Source of the DNA: an uncultured Thermodesulfobacteriota bacterium
GTDB lineage: Bacteria > Desulfobacterota > WTBG01 > CAIYCZ01
Assembly: GCA_964594075.1 (NCBI GenBank)
Contig: CAZQKW010000004.1
Span: 38,171 to 102,170, forward strand
Direction: 5' to 3'
Length of the DNA stretch: 64,000 bases
Below are positions 21,384-31,158 of the stretch, piece by piece. Position 1 is the stretch's first letter. Each line of letters begins with the position of its first letter. The translations under genes and the position numbers were made by a program. A model generated the notes under the pieces. It was not told the origin of the DNA and made no database searches. It saw only the letters and a program-made list of their open reading frames with translations.

Positions 21384-23132
21384 ATGCAAAAGAGCAACCA
21401 TGTGTCCTCTCATAGTATTTTTGCAGTCCTGATAGCCCTGCTGATTGGTTTGTTGCAACCTGCAGCCGCTGTCGCAGGTGTCATCGGGGTGCGCTCAAGC
21501 ACTGGCATAAAAAATAGTGACGGCAATTATTTGGTGGGCGATGGATTTCTCAATGCAGGACCAGATTGTCTGGTGCAGTGCATTTATGCGGGCGCAGACG
21601 GGGTCATTAATCCGCCGAATCCACTTGACGGCAGCCCGACCGGTGACGACCAGGCGCTGGAGATGGAAGAAATTGCCGGCCGTTATTATACTGTGATTGG
21701 AGAAGGGTATCCGTTTTCACCTGACACCGGAAAATTCGCCGAGGATTTCAGGCATGCTTTAAATGCCGGCAGTAAAATTTATTGCCGCGCATGGAACAGT
21801 TATGATTTTGCATCAGCAACCTGCTATGGGGATTCGCCATTATATCCAATAGCAAATGTGGTGGGGGAATACCATGATTTCGGCACCTGGCTAACCGATA
21901 CCTGCACGCCGTCTTCCAGCACGACAACCGTTGAGTCAACCACCACATCGGTAGAAAACACCACAACGGTTGAATCAACCACCACTACTACGGAACCTAT
22001 TACCACTTCAATAGTTTCAACTTCGACAACTTCTGAAGCGAGCACTACCTCCATTGAGCCGACCACGTCAACGATAGAATTGACCACTACAACGACTGCC
22101 GAAAGCACCACAACGGTTGACCTCGCAACCACAACCGTGGAAATGACAACCAGTTCCGTAGAATCTACCACGACATCAATAATGCCGACAACCACCACGA
22201 CAGAAGAGAACACCACGACCGTGCAGCCGACCATCACGACCAGCACCCCGGAAATTACCACTACCAGTGATCCATCAACCAGCTCTGTGGAGCCTTCTAC
22301 AACTTCTGTGGCATACACGACCACGTTCTTGCCGGTTACTACGACAATACGGCCGCCCACTACCTCAATCGGCCCGATCATTACCACTTCTCTACCTAAG
22401 ACAACAACCTCTATCGGACCGGTTACAACCACAACGTCGTCCCAAAAAACTTCAACTTCTTCCGCGGTTGCGAGCAGCACCACAACGACCGCAGAACCGT
22501 TTACGGTACGTTTCACAGCCGATGTCCGGACTGCGCGCATATTCCGTCCCGTGCAGTTCAGCAGCACCAGCAATGGCATTGTCCGCGAATATCGGTGGCG
22601 CTTTGGCGATGGCGCAGAAAGCAACGAGGCGCATCCGCAGCATATCTATAAAAAGAAAGGCATTTATGATGTAACGTTAACGGTAACCGGAGATGACGGC
22701 TCCACGGCAACAGAAAAAAAAGAAAAGTATATAACCGTCCACGGATTCTGCCCACTTACCACATCGCTAAACAACGAGAGTCACATAGAGGTGTTATATA
22801 AAGTAAGAGACCGGCTGCTCCCCAGCCTGCCCGGAATGATGCTGATATCGCTTTACTATCGCAATGCCGTTGAGCTGACGCGGCTGCTGGAAAACAATCC
22901 GTATCTGCAGAATCGGCTCAGGGAGATGGTAACAAATAACATCGGGATTGCAGAGCAGTGGGTTGCAGGTAAACCTGCAGTGATCTCGGCAGAACAGGTT
23001 GAAGAGATTGTGCAGTTTCTGGAAGCGGTAAGCGCATCGAGCAGCGTGCGGCTGCGCAACGATATTGATATGTTCATAGCGGGGCTGAACGACGGGTATT
23101 TACTCCAGGAATTTTATATTCAGGTGGAGTAG
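21384..23132 (+). CDS. secreted protein: N-terminal domain, ~190-aa Thr-rich imperfect repeat linker (TTTVESTTTS), PKD domain, conserved C-terminal domain shared with downstream gene
   Basis: Signal peptide MQKSNHVSSHSIFAVLIALLIGLLQPAAA. PKD motif WRFGDGAESNEAHPQHIYKKKGIYDVTLTVTGDDG. C-terminal domain LYYRNAVELTRLLENNPYLQNRLREMV. Confidence 0.8.
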   Translation: MQKSNHVSSHSIFAVLIALLIGLLQPAAAVAGVIGVRSSTGIKNSDGNYLVGDGFLNAGPDCLVQCIYAGADGVINPPNPLDGSPTGDDQALEMEEIAGRYYTVIGEGYPFSPDTGKFAEDFRHALNAGSKIYCRAWNSYDFASATCYGDSPLYPIANVVGEYHDFGTWLTDTCTPSSSTTTVESTTTSVENTTTVESTTTTTEPITTSIVSTSTTSEASTTSIEPTTSTIELTTTTTAESTTTVDLATTTVEMTTSSVESTTTSIMPTTTTTEENTTTVQPTITTSTPEITTTSDPSTSSVEPSTTSVAYTTTFLPVTTTIRPPTTSIGPIITTSLPKTTTSIGPVTTTTSSQKTSTSSAVASSTTTTAEPFTVRFTADVRTARIFRPVQFSSTSNGIVREYRWRFGDGAESNEAHPQHIYKKKGIYDVTLTVTGDDGSTATEKKEKYITVHGFCPLTTSLNNESHIEVLYKVRDRLLPSLPGMMLISLYYRNAVELTRLLENNPYLQNRLREMVTNNIGIAEQWVAGKPAVISAEQVEEIVQFLEAVSASSSVRLRNDIDMFIAGLNDGYLLQEFYIQVE

Positions 23133-23154
23133 ATACCGCTCATGAGCGCGCGTT

Positions 23155-23224
23155 AGATTCCTCTGTCGCCACCGCTCCTCAGAATGACACCATGGTGGGA
23201 ATTCTTCGCTTCGTTCAGAATGAG
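23155..23224. repeat. REP-like element, two tandem copies
   Basis: AGATTCctctgtcgccaccgctcCTCAGAATGAC ... GGAATTCTTCGCTTCGTTCAGAATGAG. Confidence 0.55.
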
Positions 23225-23414
23225 ACTTTTTCACCAGCCGGTTAGAAGCACAAATGCCAGAAAAGAAAGGCAGGGTCAATAATGGCCCTGCCTTTATCAT
23301 TTGAATTTCGTTTACCAGTCCATGCCGATTTAGAACCTCTTGCAGCGGGTTGAATAGGCACGAAATGAAATATCAATCACAACTGCCGAAATGCCCCTTC
23401 GCTGTGCATGGGGA

Positions 23415-26021
23415 TCACTGGTGCACCTTTATTCCGAACGTGCTAAAGATTGTCTTATTCTGCATATCGCGTTTGAGCCTGCTGAGGTCCTCCTTGAGGG
23501 CAGGACTTGCCTGATTCTTCAGAGCGTCTATCAACGCAACAGTTTCTTGTATGGTGCCTTTTGATATTACGGTCTTTCGCTTTGTAAGAAAAGCTTCTGC
23601 AACCGGCATAATTTTCCGGATAAGGCTTTGTGCCCTGTTTTTCATTCCCTGATCAGCAGCAAGAATGGCACTCAGTTCAGAAGCATTTTTATAATACAGC
23701 CCGACATAATAACCCCCCAATCCATTCTTTCCGGCCAGACGGTTTCTCACCCCGCGTAATTTTGTTAAATCTTTGCTGTTTTGCCCAAGAACGGTTTCGG
23801 CAGGGCAAATCGAAGGTATCGTCGTAGTTGTCGTGGGGGTTTTTGATAACTCTACCGATGAGCAAAAAACATAATCCAATACGATTCCAGGATCATTGGT
23901 AGTGAGTTCAATAGCGTATGTTCCTGCTCCTAAATACCTATTCATAGTGGCAATAAATGGATACGAATCATCGCATTTGGAGGCAGTCAGTGCTGCTTCA
24001 GCGGGAGTGTTTCCTTCGTACAGATAAAGACATAGCCCTTCCTGTTCAGACGTGGCGTCTAAAACAATGATCGTCGGATTGATTAAGGTAAAATAGAAAC
24101 GATCAGCATAGTGTGCATCTTCATAATGAACACTTGCCCAGTCAGACTTTCTCAGGCCGCCTTCATAAGCGTAGGAAGAACATTCAGCCTGAGTTAATGG
24201 CACTGATGAAATGATACTGTAATCTGTTGCTACTTTGCGGTCCTCGGTTGTCAGCTCAATAGTATAGGTTCCCGCTCCCAAATACTTGTTAATCTTGGCA
24301 ATGTATGGATATGCGTCTTTGCAGTTTGAGGTTATTAATTCGGCATTAGAGGGGTCACTCCCGTTATAAAGATACAAGCACAAGCCATCCTGCTCAGATG
24401 CAGCATCAACAACAAGAACCGTGGGACTGGTTAATGTAATCGTATAGAGGTCGGTATAGTGCGCCTCAGCATAATGGACGCTGAGACAATCAGGTTCCTG
24501 AAGTGTTCCCGGATAGGTATATACCGTGCTTTCAACCTGACTCAATTCCACCGACGAACGAAACGTATATTCCAATGAGATCTTTGGATCGTCGGTGGTG
24601 AGTTCAATAGAGTAGGTCCCCGCGCCTAAAAATTTGTTCACCTTTGCTACAAAAGGATAGGTGTCGTCACAGCTTGAGGCGATGAGCTCCGCACCGGACG
24701 GCTTGCTCCAGTCATACACATAGAGGCAGACACCCTCCTGTTCGGACGTGGCGTCTAAAACAATGTTGGTGGGGGTAGTGAGAGTAAACGTATAGAGGTC
24801 GGTATAGTGCGCATCATCATAATGGACGCTGGGCCAATCGGACTCTTCAAGATTACCCTGATACGTGTAGGAAGAACAACCAACAGGGCTTAACTCAATT
24901 GATGAGCGAAACACATAATCCAATGAGATTTTGGGATCATCGGTGGTAAGTTCAATGGTGTAGGTCCCGGCGCCCAGAAATTTGTTCGTCTTGGCTATAA
25001 ACGGATACGTATCTTTACAATCAGAACCAATAAGCTCTGCACCGGACGGCTTGCTCCAGTCATACATATACAGGCACACGCCATCCTGTTCAGAGGTTGC
25101 ATCTAAAACGACGTTGGTCGGGCTGGTCAAGGTAAAAGTATACAGATCGGTATAGTGTGCATCGGTGTATTGAATACTCAAACAATCAGCATCTTGAAGT
25201 TTTCCCGGGTAGGTGTAGGATGCACATTCAACCTGGCTAAGCGGCACTGACGAGACAAATACATAATCTGGGGAAACCTTTGGATCATCAGTGGTGAGTT
25301 CTATGGAATACGTGCCTGCCCCTAAAAACTTGTTTATCTTGGCAATAAAGGGATAGTTGTCATTACAGTTTGAGGCAATTAATTCTGATCCTGACGGCTT
25401 GCTCCAGTCATACACATACAGGCACAGGCCTTCCTGTTCTGATGCAGCGTCTAAAACAACAACCGTGGGAGTCGTCAAGGTGAAAGTGTAGAGATCGGTA
25501 TAGTGTGCATCGGAGTAGCGGATACCCAGACAATCAGACTCTTCAAGTTTTCCCGGATAAGAATAGGAAGTGCACGCAACCTGAGTCAGTTCTACCGGGG
25601 CGTCAAGAATATACGACAATGACACCTTGCGGTCATTGGTGGTGAGTTCAACAGAATAGGTTCCCGCGCCTAAGGGTATGGTATCTCTCAGTGGTATCCG
25701 TGGCGCAAAAGGATATACATCATCACAGGTATTGTAAATTAACTCAGCACCCGACGGGTTGCTCAGGTCATACAAATACAGGCACATGCCCTCCTGTTCA
25801 GACGTAGCGCTTAAATAAATATTCGCAGGAGCAGTCAGGGTGAATGTAAAAAGATCTGTATAATGCGCGTCAGCGTAGCGGATACTGAGGCAATCAGGCT
25901 CTTCAAGGGTGCCATTTATAGTGTTACTCTGGGCAGGGATAATGAATAAAGATAGGCTCAGAATAATAAATAGAACGGAAAACTGAATGAGTTGTAATAT
26001 TTTTTTCAATGCTTTTTTCAT
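23415..26021 (-). CDS. secreted protein with 7 tandem ~123-aa PPC-like (pre-peptidase C-terminal) domains, Thr-rich linker, shared C-terminal domain
   Basis: Repeat unit DCLSIRYxDAHYTDLYTFTLTxP...DATSEQEGxCLYxYDWSKPSGAELIAS.C.D.YPFIAK.NKFLGAGTYSIELTTDDPK. Linker TPTTTTTIPS. C-terminal domain LYYKNASELSAILAADQGMKNRAQSLI. Has a signal peptide. Confidence 0.8.
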   Translation of the reverse strand: MKKALKKILQLIQFSVLFIILSLSLFIIPAQSNTINGTLEEPDCLSIRYADAHYTDLFTFTLTAPANIYLSATSEQEGMCLYLYDLSNPSGAELIYNTCDDVYPFAPRIPLRDTIPLGAGTYSVELTTNDRKVSLSYILDAPVELTQVACTSYSYPGKLEESDCLGIRYSDAHYTDLYTFTLTTPTVVVLDAASEQEGLCLYVYDWSKPSGSELIASNCNDNYPFIAKINKFLGAGTYSIELTTDDPKVSPDYVFVSSVPLSQVECASYTYPGKLQDADCLSIQYTDAHYTDLYTFTLTSPTNVVLDATSEQDGVCLYMYDWSKPSGAELIGSDCKDTYPFIAKTNKFLGAGTYTIELTTDDPKISLDYVFRSSIELSPVGCSSYTYQGNLEESDWPSVHYDDAHYTDLYTFTLTTPTNIVLDATSEQEGVCLYVYDWSKPSGAELIASSCDDTYPFVAKVNKFLGAGTYSIELTTDDPKISLEYTFRSSVELSQVESTVYTYPGTLQEPDCLSVHYAEAHYTDLYTITLTSPTVLVVDAASEQDGLCLYLYNGSDPSNAELITSNCKDAYPYIAKINKYLGAGTYTIELTTEDRKVATDYSIISSVPLTQAECSSYAYEGGLRKSDWASVHYEDAHYADRFYFTLINPTIIVLDATSEQEGLCLYLYEGNTPAEAALTASKCDDSYPFIATMNRYLGAGTYAIELTTNDPGIVLDYVFCSSVELSKTPTTTTTIPSICPAETVLGQNSKDLTKLRGVRNRLAGKNGLGGYYVGLYYKNASELSAILAADQGMKNRAQSLIRKIMPVAEAFLTKRKTVISKGTIQETVALIDALKNQASPALKEDLSRLKRDMQNKTIFSTFGIKVHQ

Positions 26022-26219
26022 GGTTTCCTCCTCGGTAGTTTAAAATTTTTTCTTCGTTTATTAAATAAAACTTAAAATTATATAATCTAATTGTTAAACA
26101 GAAGTCAATTGAAATGTTGGCAACAATAGATGAAAATAGTATAAAATTTAATAAGGATAATGAGTAACAATTCGCTACTCCACAGGGATTCACATTTTCA
26201 AACACTTTAAGGTGTGATT

Positions 26220-26858
26220 TTATTGATCACTTTGTTTTAACTCTTTCTCAATATCTTCCACCAGGTGCGCGCCAAGCCGGAACGCTTCCTCAAGACGTTC
26301 AGCAAACCGTTCTTCGGTTATATTTTCTATGCCGCCCACATACATTTCGTGCGAGGTATCAACCTGCTCAAGCATCAGGCTTGATTCAATCGCCTCGAAG
26401 CAGGGATCAGCCATAACTTCCTTGTATTCATCTGCTGCAGCGCCGGTAACAATAAACGCCGCCTTCCGCTTGAAGTTTGCCGGGCAGCGCGACTCCGGCA
26501 GCTTGCCATAGGCATCGGGGGCTTTGTAGGTGAGCATGATTTTTCGCTCAAGAAACGTTTTCATAAGCGCGGTAACCGTTCCATCATATACCGGCGATGC
26601 GAAGATGTAGCCATCAGCCTTCACATAGTCTTCCAGTATGGAGGCAACATCATCTTTAATGGGGCATTTGCCTATGGTCAGTTCCGGGTTGTTTCGATAA
26701 CAGGTATTGCAGCCCAGGCAGTATTTGATATTCAGTTTGATTAAATCAAAGCGTTTGGTGGCGGCACCTTTGCTTTCAGCCCCTTCCAGAGCTCTCTTTA
26801 ACAGTTTTGCGCAGTGCCCGTTAACCTTCGGACTTCCCAAAAACCCAAGTATCAGCAT
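26220..26858 (-). CDS. iron-sulfur flavoprotein / NADPH-dependent FMN reductase-like (flavodoxin fold)
   Basis: Flavodoxin-like MLILGFLGSP N-terminus and a compact Cys motif CLGCNTC...C as in Isf. The Shine-Dalgarno AGGAGC supports a start at 26858. Confidence 0.65.
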   Translation of the reverse strand: MLILGFLGSPKVNGHCAKLLKRALEGAESKGAATKRFDLIKLNIKYCLGCNTCYRNNPELTIGKCPIKDDVASILEDYVKADGYIFASPVYDGTVTALMKTFLERKIMLTYKAPDAYGKLPESRCPANFKRKAAFIVTGAAADEYKEVMADPCFEAIESSLMLEQVDTSHEMYVGGIENITEERFAERLEEAFRLGAHLVEDIEKELKQSDQ

Positions 26859-27072
26859 ATCGCAGCTCCTCTTATAAGCAATTCTAACCTCCGTAAAAAA
26901 ATAAACAACGCTGTGCACAGTCCGCTGCGTGTGCAATCCGTTTATTTCCGGCTATTTCCTTAAACAATTGTATACAAAAAAGGGCTCGTTGTCACTCTCC
27001 GAGCCCTGATTTTTACACCATATTGCATTGTTGTGATAAATTCCCCTGTTTCTTACCCCATCGACTCAAAAA

Positions 27073-27663
27073 TTAAAATATACAGAAAATGGGATATAGG
27101 ACCACCGCAATAAGCGCAATGATAAAGTTTATATTCGCCAGGACTAAACTTATCAGCACAAGGTTGGGCGCCAGCCCGATGACATTCAGCGCCCCAACCG
27201 CAAATAGAAAATACAGGCCCAAGGCAAGGCATGCCGTCGCCACGCTTACCAGATCGCTGCAGATGCTGTCCGATGCCAGCAATTCCAGTTTCTCATCCGT
27301 GCTGATGTCAAGTTTTGCAATGTCAACAATGTTTTTTACGGTTTCCGAAACACGCTGCGGCAGCAAGCCTGAATTGTTTAGAAGATAGTTAAGGTAAAAT
27401 TCATTTTCCGGTTTTTTTATCTCCTCAAAAGCTGCATCAAGATATGAGAGATACTGCTCCTTGATCGCGGCACGCTGGTCTTGTGTCAGAGCCGTTTCGC
27501 CGTTATTAAACGCCTTTAAAGTTTCGTTGGTCTTCTGCACTTCAAGAATTTTGGCGATAGCGTTGCCGACGGGTGTTTGCGGTGTTTTGGCTAATGCCGT
27601 TGTTCCCACTGCCGCAAGCAAAAACATGACTGCTAATAGCAATGAAAAATATTTCTTATTCAT
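27073..27663 (-). CDS. hypothetical exported/membrane protein
   Basis: Signal peptide, strong Shine-Dalgarno GAGGAGG, and a C-terminal pair of TM helices. No family recognised. Confidence 0.45.
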   Translation of the reverse strand: MNKKYFSLLLAVMFLLAAVGTTALAKTPQTPVGNAIAKILEVQKTNETLKAFNNGETALTQDQRAAIKEQYLSYLDAAFEEIKKPENEFYLNYLLNNSGLLPQRVSETVKNIVDIAKLDISTDEKLELLASDSICSDLVSVATACLALGLYFLFAVGALNVIGLAPNLVLISLVLANINFIIALIAVVLYPIFCIF

Positions 27664-27740
27664 TTAAACGCCTCCTCTCGTATGGTTTTAATGCCGTTAA
27701 TAATCTGCCTGTTTAATTAATGTTGGCCGGATGTCGCGTT

Positions 27741-28226
27741 TTACTGGGTTGCAGAACACCCCAGCACATCGGTAACAAATGCGATAAGATTTTCAAATAC
27801 GCATATCGTATCGCCTTGCTCACATCCCTGAATTGCCTGAATCAAATCAAGAATTGCCTGAAAAATGCAGAGGAAGCCCGAAGGATCGCCCTCCTGTTGC
27901 GCCTTAAGTATCAATGTTCCGTTTTTTGAAATCGTTGCCAGTGTATCTTCACCATTGACTGAAAACAACAGGGTGTTTTTCTCGGCTGCTGTCTCATTGA
28001 TTGCCACAATGAGCGGCGCCCGTCCGGGTACTGAAATGACCATGCCCTTGTAAATGCCATCTGCGCGCTCAAAGACAACCACATCAAAATCTATATGCGC
28101 TCTCTTTAAAACATACTTTATCAGCGCATAATTGTTGATACTCTTGCCTGCAGCCGCTGCATCAGCAAGCGAAATGCCGCAGATGATACACACCATGAGT
28201 CCTATTACTGCAATTCGTTTTTTCAT
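27741..28226 (-). CDS. hypothetical exported protein
   Basis: Signal peptide MKKRIAVIGLMVCIICGISLADA and a strong Shine-Dalgarno AAGGAGGG. Confidence 0.45.
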   Translation of the reverse strand: MKKRIAVIGLMVCIICGISLADAAAAGKSINNYALIKYVLKRAHIDFDVVVFERADGIYKGMVISVPGRAPLIVAINETAAEKNTLLFSVNGEDTLATISKNGTLILKAQQEGDPSGFLCIFQAILDLIQAIQGCEQGDTICVFENLIAFVTDVLGCSATQ

Positions 28227-28327
28227 ACGTGCCCTCCTTAAAAACAGTTTTTAAAAATAGATAAATGCCTAACCTATTGAATGACCTGTCGGTTGCAGCA
28301 TTACGCGTGTTAACCGGGTGTCCCCTT

Positions 28328-28393
28328 GTCATTCTGAACGTCGCGAAGAATCTCAACACCTTTGCCATAGATTCTTCAGCCGCTACCGCTCAC
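28328..28393. repeat. REP-like element, inverted pair
   Basis: GTCATTCTGAACGTCGCGAAGAATCT ... AGATTCTTCAGCCGCTACCGCTCAC. Confidence 0.55.
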
Positions 28394-28430
28394 ACTGTGT
28401 TACACGGCGAACTGTGCGGCTTCGTCTCGT

Positions 28431-31121
28431 TTAATGTATCCGTATCTTTGAGCCAACTTTCAGGACTGATTCCTCATATAAGCCGTTCAGTTTTCTCAAG
28501 GTATTAACATCAACATTATATTTTCTGGATAGCGACATCAGGGTATCGCCCTGCGCAACACTATGATATTGAGGCGCCCGCGCCTTCGGCGCTGCTGCTT
28601 TAGCAATTTGTTTAATGTTCTCTTTTTTTGCCGGCGCGGGTTTTCTTACTATCTTGGGGGCCGGCGGCTTTACCGTCTTCTTCGTATCCGGCTCTACTGC
28701 CACGGGCTTTTCACCTTCCTGTTTCTCAGTCGGTTTAACCTCTTGAGCCGGTGTTTTTTCCGCTGTAACATTTTTTTCTGGCGCAGATGGGGCGATTTCC
28801 GTTGCTGCTGTCTCTTTTTTCTCTGTTTCAGATTCTGTTCCGGTTGCTTCTTTTTTCTGCTCAGTTTCTGGCTGGGGGGGAGTGTCCATCACCGGCGCTA
28901 TCTGCGCAGTCGGTTCCGGCGCACCTTCTGCCTTTGTTTCCGGCGCTGGCGCAGAAAGTATATTTGACGAAGAGCCGGTTTCGGCAACGGGCTCGCTGCC
29001 TGCGGGCGCATCAGCCTGAAGCGTATTTGCAGCAGCCTTTAATTCCTCTCCAGATGGCGCGTTCGCACCTGCCTGCCCAGCCTCTGGCAACGGCGCCGGT
29101 TTCTGCATTGCCGCAGGTCCCTCAGACACTTGGTTTGTAACTTCCGGCGCACCTGTTTCGCTCTTCGCTGTTTCCTGCTTCTCTTCTGGTTTGGCTGCAG
29201 CAGCACCAGGTTCGGTCAGCGTTTCTGCTGCGGGCTGCACAGCAGGAACAGCATCCTGAGGTGCAGGAGCTGCCTTTGCTGCCGTCGCCTGTTCTCCTGG
29301 TTGAGCCGGTTCAGCGGGTTTATCAGCGGGAGAGCTTTTGGATTCTTGCTGCACAGAACCCTGCGCCGGCTGCGCCTGTTCGGTTATAGGCGCCGGTTGC
29401 GGCGCGTCACTATGAGCCGGTGCTGCTTCACCGGCTGCACTGGGCGTATTAGCGTCTGCCGCCTGCACGGCAGGGGAAGCAGTTTCCGGAGGCTTTTCTG
29501 CTGTTTCTTGCTTTATCACAGCCTCGCCGGGAACTTCCTGCGCTGGTGCGGGCGCTGCCGCGTGCGTATTCTCCGGTGCGGGTGCTTCGGTTTTAACTGC
29601 GGCGACCAATTCGCTGCCGGTTGCGATTTTATCCGCTGCCGGGGAAGGTGCCGGCGGCCCTTCTGCTGCTGGTTGAACTGGAGGCGGTGAAACCGGAATC
29701 GGCGGCTCTTGTACCGCTTGCGCCGGAGTAGCGTCCGCTGCAGATGGTTTGGTCTCCGCCTTTTCTGCCGCCGGGGCGGCAGTTGCAATCCGGGCAGGTT
29801 GCTGGTTCTTTTCCGTACTGACGGCCACCGGTGCATGAGCGCGCGGTTGCACATCAGACTTTGATTTCAGAACAGGTTTTTTTAGGGGTTCAGTCTTTTT
29901 AGCGGTTACGGCGGACGCAACTTTTTTTACTGGAGGAGAAACTTCAGGTTTAAGAGTTACCCGCGTTTTTTCCTGCATCGCTGGTTTCTCTGTCTTATCC
30001 TCAGCAATACTTTGCACTTTAACCTTGGGCGGTTCCTTGATAACCGTCACCGGCTCCGGTGTCTGCTGTTTTGGCGGCGGCAATTCCTCAAGGTTAAAAT
30101 CTTCGGCTTTGACGATCTCAGCCTGCGGCTTATCGGTCAAAAAGTCTAATTTTGAAGACCCGCTGGCACCGGTTCTGGATTTTTTTAAGTTTTCGTTTGC
30201 TATAGTGTAAAAAGAGGGCTTCAGTTTTATTGCTTTTTCAAACGCCTGGTTCGCCCTCTCATAATCGCCTTTCATCAACAGCACACATCCCAGGTTATTA
30301 TAGGCAGTTGCCTCGTCGCTCACTTTCTTAAAAGTCTCCAGCGCTTCCTGATACCTGCCGGACAGTCCCAACGCAAGTCCCATGTTATTGTAAACCTTGT
30401 TCGGCACCGATCGGAAACCCATCGCCGTGTCAAACGCTTTTATGGCGCTGTCATAATTGCCGGAAAATAAATATGACAGCCCGAGATTGTTATACAGCAG
30501 CGCATTGTCCTGCTTGAGTGCGATTGCCTTCTGATAGGCGGCTATTGCCCGCGGGTAGTCCTTGCGCTTATCGTAAATAATCCCCAGACAGTTATGGCTC
30601 TTCCACAGGTTCTGATTCAGCTCCAGGGCTTTAATGAAATACCGCTCTGCCTCAGCAATCTTTTGCTGCTGAAAGAGCGCCAGCCCCATGCCTTCGTGTG
30701 CCAGGGCGTTTTGCGGCTCTTTTCTCATGACCTCCTGAAACTCCAGCATCGCATCGCTGAACATTTTGTTTAACAAAAACAGCAGGCCAATTTTATATCT
30801 GATTCGCAGGTTTTCCGGTTCAAGCCGCACTGATTTATCATACTGGAGAAACGCCTGTTGCAGGTTGCCGCTGTTGAAATAGTCGTCCCCTGACCGCTCA
30901 TACTCGGCAGCCGTCATTTCAGGGGGTTCTTTGAGGGGAACATCTCGTTGTGCGGGATTGGTGGCTTGGCGGGGCAAATTTTTTACCGGATATTTGTTGG
31001 CAAAGGGGTCTTTCAGGGTGTCCTTCCCGGCAATGGTGCTATTCTGCGAACAGCCGGATAAAAAAAAGATGCTAACCGCAAGAGCTAAGAAAGTTAGCAA
31101 GACCCCCTTTGATAGCACCAT
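28431..31121 (-). CDS. TPR-repeat lipoprotein with ~550-aa Pro/Ala/Glu-rich low-complexity region and C-terminal LysM domain (TadD-like / FimV-like)
   Basis: Lipobox FLSGC. N-terminal TPR repeats (AxxYYxxG, LGxxYxxxxxYxxA). C-terminal LysM YHSVAQGDTLMSLSRKYNVDVNTLRKLNG. Last gene of the tad locus. Confidence 0.8.
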   Translation of the reverse strand: MVLSKGVLLTFLALAVSIFFLSGCSQNSTIAGKDTLKDPFANKYPVKNLPRQATNPAQRDVPLKEPPEMTAAEYERSGDDYFNSGNLQQAFLQYDKSVRLEPENLRIRYKIGLLFLLNKMFSDAMLEFQEVMRKEPQNALAHEGMGLALFQQQKIAEAERYFIKALELNQNLWKSHNCLGIIYDKRKDYPRAIAAYQKAIALKQDNALLYNNLGLSYLFSGNYDSAIKAFDTAMGFRSVPNKVYNNMGLALGLSGRYQEALETFKKVSDEATAYNNLGCVLLMKGDYERANQAFEKAIKLKPSFYTIANENLKKSRTGASGSSKLDFLTDKPQAEIVKAEDFNLEELPPPKQQTPEPVTVIKEPPKVKVQSIAEDKTEKPAMQEKTRVTLKPEVSPPVKKVASAVTAKKTEPLKKPVLKSKSDVQPRAHAPVAVSTEKNQQPARIATAAPAAEKAETKPSAADATPAQAVQEPPIPVSPPPVQPAAEGPPAPSPAADKIATGSELVAAVKTEAPAPENTHAAAPAPAQEVPGEAVIKQETAEKPPETASPAVQAADANTPSAAGEAAPAHSDAPQPAPITEQAQPAQGSVQQESKSSPADKPAEPAQPGEQATAAKAAPAPQDAVPAVQPAAETLTEPGAAAAKPEEKQETAKSETGAPEVTNQVSEGPAAMQKPAPLPEAGQAGANAPSGEELKAAANTLQADAPAGSEPVAETGSSSNILSAPAPETKAEGAPEPTAQIAPVMDTPPQPETEQKKEATGTESETEKKETAATEIAPSAPEKNVTAEKTPAQEVKPTEKQEGEKPVAVEPDTKKTVKPPAPKIVRKPAPAKKENIKQIAKAAAPKARAPQYHSVAQGDTLMSLSRKYNVDVNTLRKLNGLYEESVLKVGSKIRIH

Positions 31122-31158
31122 ATAATGTTCCTGAAGTTGTCAAGCGTTTTGCGAAAAA

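Noticed and set aside
21824-22624. 266-aa Val-rich minus-strand ORF
   Set aside because: It is antisense to the Thr-rich (ACN codon) linker of the PKD protein. ACC/ACA reads as GGT/TGT-type Val/Gly codons on the other strand, which is a low-complexity artefact.
28563-29690. Cys/Arg/Phe-rich plus-strand ORFs (134, 117, 186 aa)
   Set aside because: They are antisense to the Pro/Ala/Glu-rich low-complexity region of the TPR-LysM gene and are compositional artefacts.
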